The notes under the pieces were generated by a model, which ran no database searches, was not told where the DNA came from, and saw nothing but the letters and a program-made list of their open reading frames with translations. A stretch of 64,000 nt of DNA. Source: Candidatus Falkowbacteria bacterium (GTDB lineage Bacteria; Patescibacteriota; Patescibacteriia; Patescibacteriales; UBA12465). Shown here piece after piece: positions 61,106 through 64,000 of the stretch. The number at the start of each line of letters is the position of its first letter. Position 1 is the first letter of the stretch. The translations under genes were made by a program, and so were the position numbers. Location: NCBI GenBank assembly GCA_026396875.1, contig JAPLVY010000004.1, forward strand, positions 10,828 through 74,827. The letters are read 5' to 3'.

Positions 61106-64000
61106 ATGCGTTTTAATCATTCGCGTTTTACTAATCGTGCAAAAATATCTTTAGCCTGTTTATTTATTTTATTCTCAGGATTTTTTGCATCAATCTCTCC
61201 CGCTCAAGCCATGACGGTTTCCGTGGCCGCCGATGCGCCGGCAACTGTTAATACGGTCAAGCAAACTCTTTGGCAAAAAATAACCAAGGCTTTGCTCAAG
61301 GCTGGCGGCCGCGCCCTGCAATCCGTTACCCGTTCCGCTTTAAACAAAGTTGCTTACGACGCAGCTGATTGGGCGGCTTCTGGTGGAGAAGGGCAACAGC
61401 CATTATTTGTTACCAAAGGTTGGGGTGATTATTTAACTCAGATCGGCGATGAGGCTGCCGGTCAATTTATTGAAAATTTTGCCGATAGTTTTGCTGGCGA
61501 TATTCAGGCCGAGCAAAAAAGGGGGCGTGATACCAAAAATTGTGAGACCCAGCAAGCCTCTTGTTATGACGGTTGTCAAGCCGCCGCCGATTGGGCAACT
61601 AATGGCGAGAAATGCGCTGGCGATTGTTTGTCGCGCTATGACACCTGTGCGGGGACCGCTAGTGCCAATTATTCCAATGCTCTAGCAAACAATGGAAAAG
61701 CGGCCGCTACCGGTGCCAAGACTTCAAGTTTGAATCTTTGCGCACCAAGTTTGGACATCAGAATGAAGTTAGCTATCGGTCTAGTCAATCAACAACGGCC
61801 ATCACGTCCAAATTGTGCCTGGTCAGACATGAGTAAAAATTGGACTAATGCCATCGAAGCTTCCAAGAGTGCTGACTACTACGGTAAATTACGCAACATG
61901 TTTGATTCCCAATCTTCTGATTTGGGAGCGGCTTTAACCCTACAGACTGGTATCATGGAAGATGTCGGCGTTAAAACTGATACCGGAAAGACAACTCTTG
62001 TTGGTAAGGGTGGCTGGATTGATCCAGTCGGTGTTGGTGGTAAAGCAATCGGCTTGCCTGATCAAGCAAAAACTAAACAAGAGTTGGCTCAACAGGGATA
62101 TGTTAGCAATGTGGGCAAATTTACCGGCGATGCCTTGATGGACGCTGCTAATGTGTTTTTGAATCAATTGGCGTCTAAGGGATTTGAGAAGCTAATAAAT
62201 TCATTAAAAGGTGGTGTGGCCAGCAATGCCGATGGTTCTTATCCGGTGCCTTCAGATAATATTAATGACCCAAATGCTCCAAGAAATAGGTCATATAGTT
62301 CGTCAGCCAATCAGGCTGCCCTGATGAGCATTTTGAAGCCACAATTTGAACAACGAGCTGACTATAATGTCTTGGCTGACATGGCAATTTGTCCGGATGA
62401 AGCCAATCCTGGTCCAAGTAATTGCGTCATCGATAACAAGATGATGGAGGCGATTTCTGAGCGCAAAACAATTGGCGAGGCCTTGAAAGATGGATCTTTG
62501 AACGGATCTTGGTTGATGACTGCCGACAGCAAGGTTTCTGCTTATCAGGAAAATTATTCCTTGCGTAACGCGATGATTCTTCGCAAGTATCGTATTTTGC
62601 CGGTTGGTTGGGAGGCAGCGATCGAGAAGGCCTCTGCACTAGGGAAAATTGCAACTTTGGCCGACTTAGTTTCTTGCTTTAGCGCCAACGATAGTTTTCA
62701 TACTTTTTCTTCACCAGCTCTAGAAAATAGCCAGGACTGGTGCCGCGGCTTAGTCGACCCAAATTGGGTTCTCAAGGCGCCACAGAGCTATTGTGCTAAG
62801 AGTGGTTTTGGTAATCAAATTATTTCTTCTCAAATCAACCCCACTAGCGACATTGCTACCGGCTCTCCTTCTTCCGAACTAATGGTTACTCGCGCCGATG
62901 GCTATTGTGCTGACGAAAAAACCTGTATTCAAGAGGATTCAAAAGGATCCTGCCAAGCTTATGGTTATTGCACCGAAGATCGTCGCACCTGGAACTTTGG
63001 TGGCGATTCTTGCGACCCGATCTATAATAGTTGCCAAACCTTCAGTGGACCTGGAGGCGCTTCGGTTTCATATCTAAAGGATACTCTGGATTATAGTACT
63101 TGCGCAGATAGCAATTCCGGCTGTCTTCAATATTCGACTTTTGGTTCTTATGACTTCTCGTCAGATAAAATTTCTTGGTCAGGAAATAATGCCTATAGTA
63201 TTTTCCTTAATGGCAAAGCAGACACTTGTGCCGCTTCCAGCGAAGGTTGTCGTTCGCTTGTTAGAGTAAAACCATCCTGGGGTGATAACTTGATTTTCAA
63301 TAACGACTTATCTTTATTAAACAGTAGATGGCAGGTTCTTGGTAGTTCTACTGCCATGATTGAAAATGCGGCACTTGCTAACGGTACCACTAATCCAATC
63401 TTGAAGTTCAGTAATACTGGCTATGGAGTGGGGGTAGTTTCTTCTGGCGCCAATTCGGTAATTCCAGAAAATGCCGGAGTTATCGACGGTTACTACTATA
63501 CTTTAACCGCCGAAGTCTATTTGCCAAGCTCAGATACCATTACCTTGAAACTCGGTGGCAGCGATTATGTTAGTGAAACTATGAGTGAGACAGGCGCCTG
63601 GCAGGTAATTTCTTTGACCGCCAAGCCAAGCGATGGTATTAGTAGTCTGGATTTCTCAATCACCAGTAATAATGATTCCACTTTCTATTTAAGAAATATT
63701 AAACTAGAGGCCAATAACTATTTCTCCGGCTGGTCTAGCTATGGCGCAACCACTGCCCAAGAAAAATTAATACCCGGATATTTAGAAGCTTTGTGTTACC
63801 AAAATCCTTTTGCTGCTGGTTTGCGAGATTATCGCCTCAAGGATTATGCTCCGGCAATCTGTGATAAATTTGCTCGTCGTTGTAATAAAGATGAGGTCGG
63901 TTGTCAGACCTTTACTTCTCAGGATGGCTTCTCAGTGACTGGTAAAGTTAATTTTGATGAGTATTGTCCGCAGGAGTGTGTTAATTATGATTCTTATGCC
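61106..64000 (+). CDS. giant secreted/surface protein, N-terminal 965 codons; continues beyond the right edge
   Basis: Not in the track because there is no stop in the window. My translation from the ATG at 61106 gives MRFNHSRFTNRAKISLACLFILFSGFFASISPAQA-MTVS... (signal peptide). The frame stays open to 64000. Scattered Cys-rich stretches include CETQQASCYDGCQ and YCADEKTCIQEDSKGSCQAYGYC. Confidence 0.7.
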   Translation, partial: MRFNHSRFTNRAKISLACLFILFSGFFASISPAQAMTVSVAADAPATVNTVKQTLWQKITKALLKAGGRALQSVTRSALNKVAYDAADWAASGGEGQQPLFVTKGWGDYLTQIGDEAAGQFIENFADSFAGDIQAEQKRGRDTKNCETQQASCYDGCQAAADWATNGEKCAGDCLSRYDTCAGTASANYSNALANNGKAAATGAKTSSLNLCAPSLDIRMKLAIGLVNQQRPSRPNCAWSDMSKNWTNAIEASKSADYYGKLRNMFDSQSSDLGAALTLQTGIMEDVGVKTDTGKTTLVGKGGWIDPVGVGGKAIGLPDQAKTKQELAQQGYVSNVGKFTGDALMDAANVFLNQLASKGFEKLINSLKGGVASNADGSYPVPSDNINDPNAPRNRSYSSSANQAALMSILKPQFEQRADYNVLADMAICPDEANPGPSNCVIDNKMMEAISERKTIGEALKDGSLNGSWLMTADSKVSAYQENYSLRNAMILRKYRILPVGWEAAIEKASALGKIATLADLVSCFSANDSFHTFSSPALENSQDWCRGLVDPNWVLKAPQSYCAKSGFGNQIISSQINPTSDIATGSPSSELMVTRADGYCADEKTCIQEDSKGSCQAYGYCTEDRRTWNFGGDSCDPIYNSCQTFSGPGGASVSYLKDTLDYSTCADSNSGCLQYSTFGSYDFSSDKISWSGNNAYSIFLNGKADTCAASSEGCRSLVRVKPSWGDNLIFNNDLSLLNSRWQVLGSSTAMIENAALANGTTNPILKFSNTGYGVGVVSSGANSVIPENAGVIDGYYYTLTAEVYLPSSDTITLKLGGSDYVSETMSETGAWQVISLTAKPSDGISSLDFSITSNNDSTFYLRNIKLEANNYFSGWSSYGATTAQEKLIPGYLEALCYQNPFAAGLRDYRLKDYAPAICDKFARRCNKDEVGCQTFTSQDGFSVTGKVNFDEYCPQECVNYDSYA

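Noticed and set aside
1-64000. Alternative genetic code (UGA sense, as in Gracilibacteria/Absconditabacteria)
   Set aside because: Conserved genes have normal lengths under the standard code. Several end at TGA exactly where expected, for example the murD-type gene at 5176-5178 and porB at 49157-49159.
1-64000. CRISPR arrays, rRNA genes, transposases, integrases, prophage genes
   Set aside because: I found no regularly spaced direct repeats, only a 15-nt tandem duplication and one 19-nt repeat pair. There are no rRNA-like conserved blocks, and no ORF has DDE, tyrosine-recombinase or serine-recombinase motifs.

Overview
This is a gene-dense, AT-rich chromosome segment using the standard code. 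TGA is used as a stop and conserved genes have normal lengths. The gene content looks like a Patescibacteria/CPR-type bacterium: T4SS-pilin-like surface proteins, a giant secreted protein, GH57/GlgA, PorGDAB and a small set of peptidoglycan genes. All calls were made by eye from motifs in the supplied translations and from my own reading of the DNA; no database search was run.

Housekeeping backbone:
- pnp (partial), rpsO, rpsT
- a four-tRNA cluster: Ile-GAT, CAT, Phe-GAA, Pro-TGG
- holA, a MurD-type ligase with a large N-terminal fusion, polA, tRNA-Ala, gpmI
- yebC-ruvC, and a glgA/GH57/kinase/pyruvyl-transferase cluster
- a CDF transporter, ftsK, murE, rpoB (broken into three frames), rpoC, murJ
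- lepA, recJ, rnhA, porG-porD-porA-porB, dsbA-like, xth, leuS, rsmA

Most interesting block (11307-15629): a self-contained four-gene ubiquitin-like conjugation cassette between polA and tRNA-Ala.
- a 745-aa protein with four TM helices and a C-terminal E2/UBC-like core (NNIGNEGYVCMGS)
- a JAMM/JAB peptidase with the exact HxHx7Sx2D motif
- a minimal 224-aa ThiF-type E1
- a 70-aa ThiS/MoaD-like beta-grasp protein ending in Gly, which has its own perfect TTGACA-17-TATAAT promoter

Next to the cassette lie a 19-nt exact duplicate of the tRNA-Ala 3' end and a GC-rich, highly structured element of about 120 nt.

Second unusual block (47769-55334): three paralogous Cys-rich T4SS-pilin-like surface proteins, one fused to a VanY/M15 peptidase. 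They are interleaved inside, and translationally coupled to, the por operon, downstream of a DsbA-like gene.

Other points:
- two non-compensating +1 frame breaks in rpoB
- a MurL-like/PP-loop domain fused to MurD
- an atypical tRNA(CAT)
- attenuator-like hairpins in the rpoB leader
- a 7-TM PQ-loop/SWEET-like protein

No CRISPR array, rRNA, transposase or integrase was seen.
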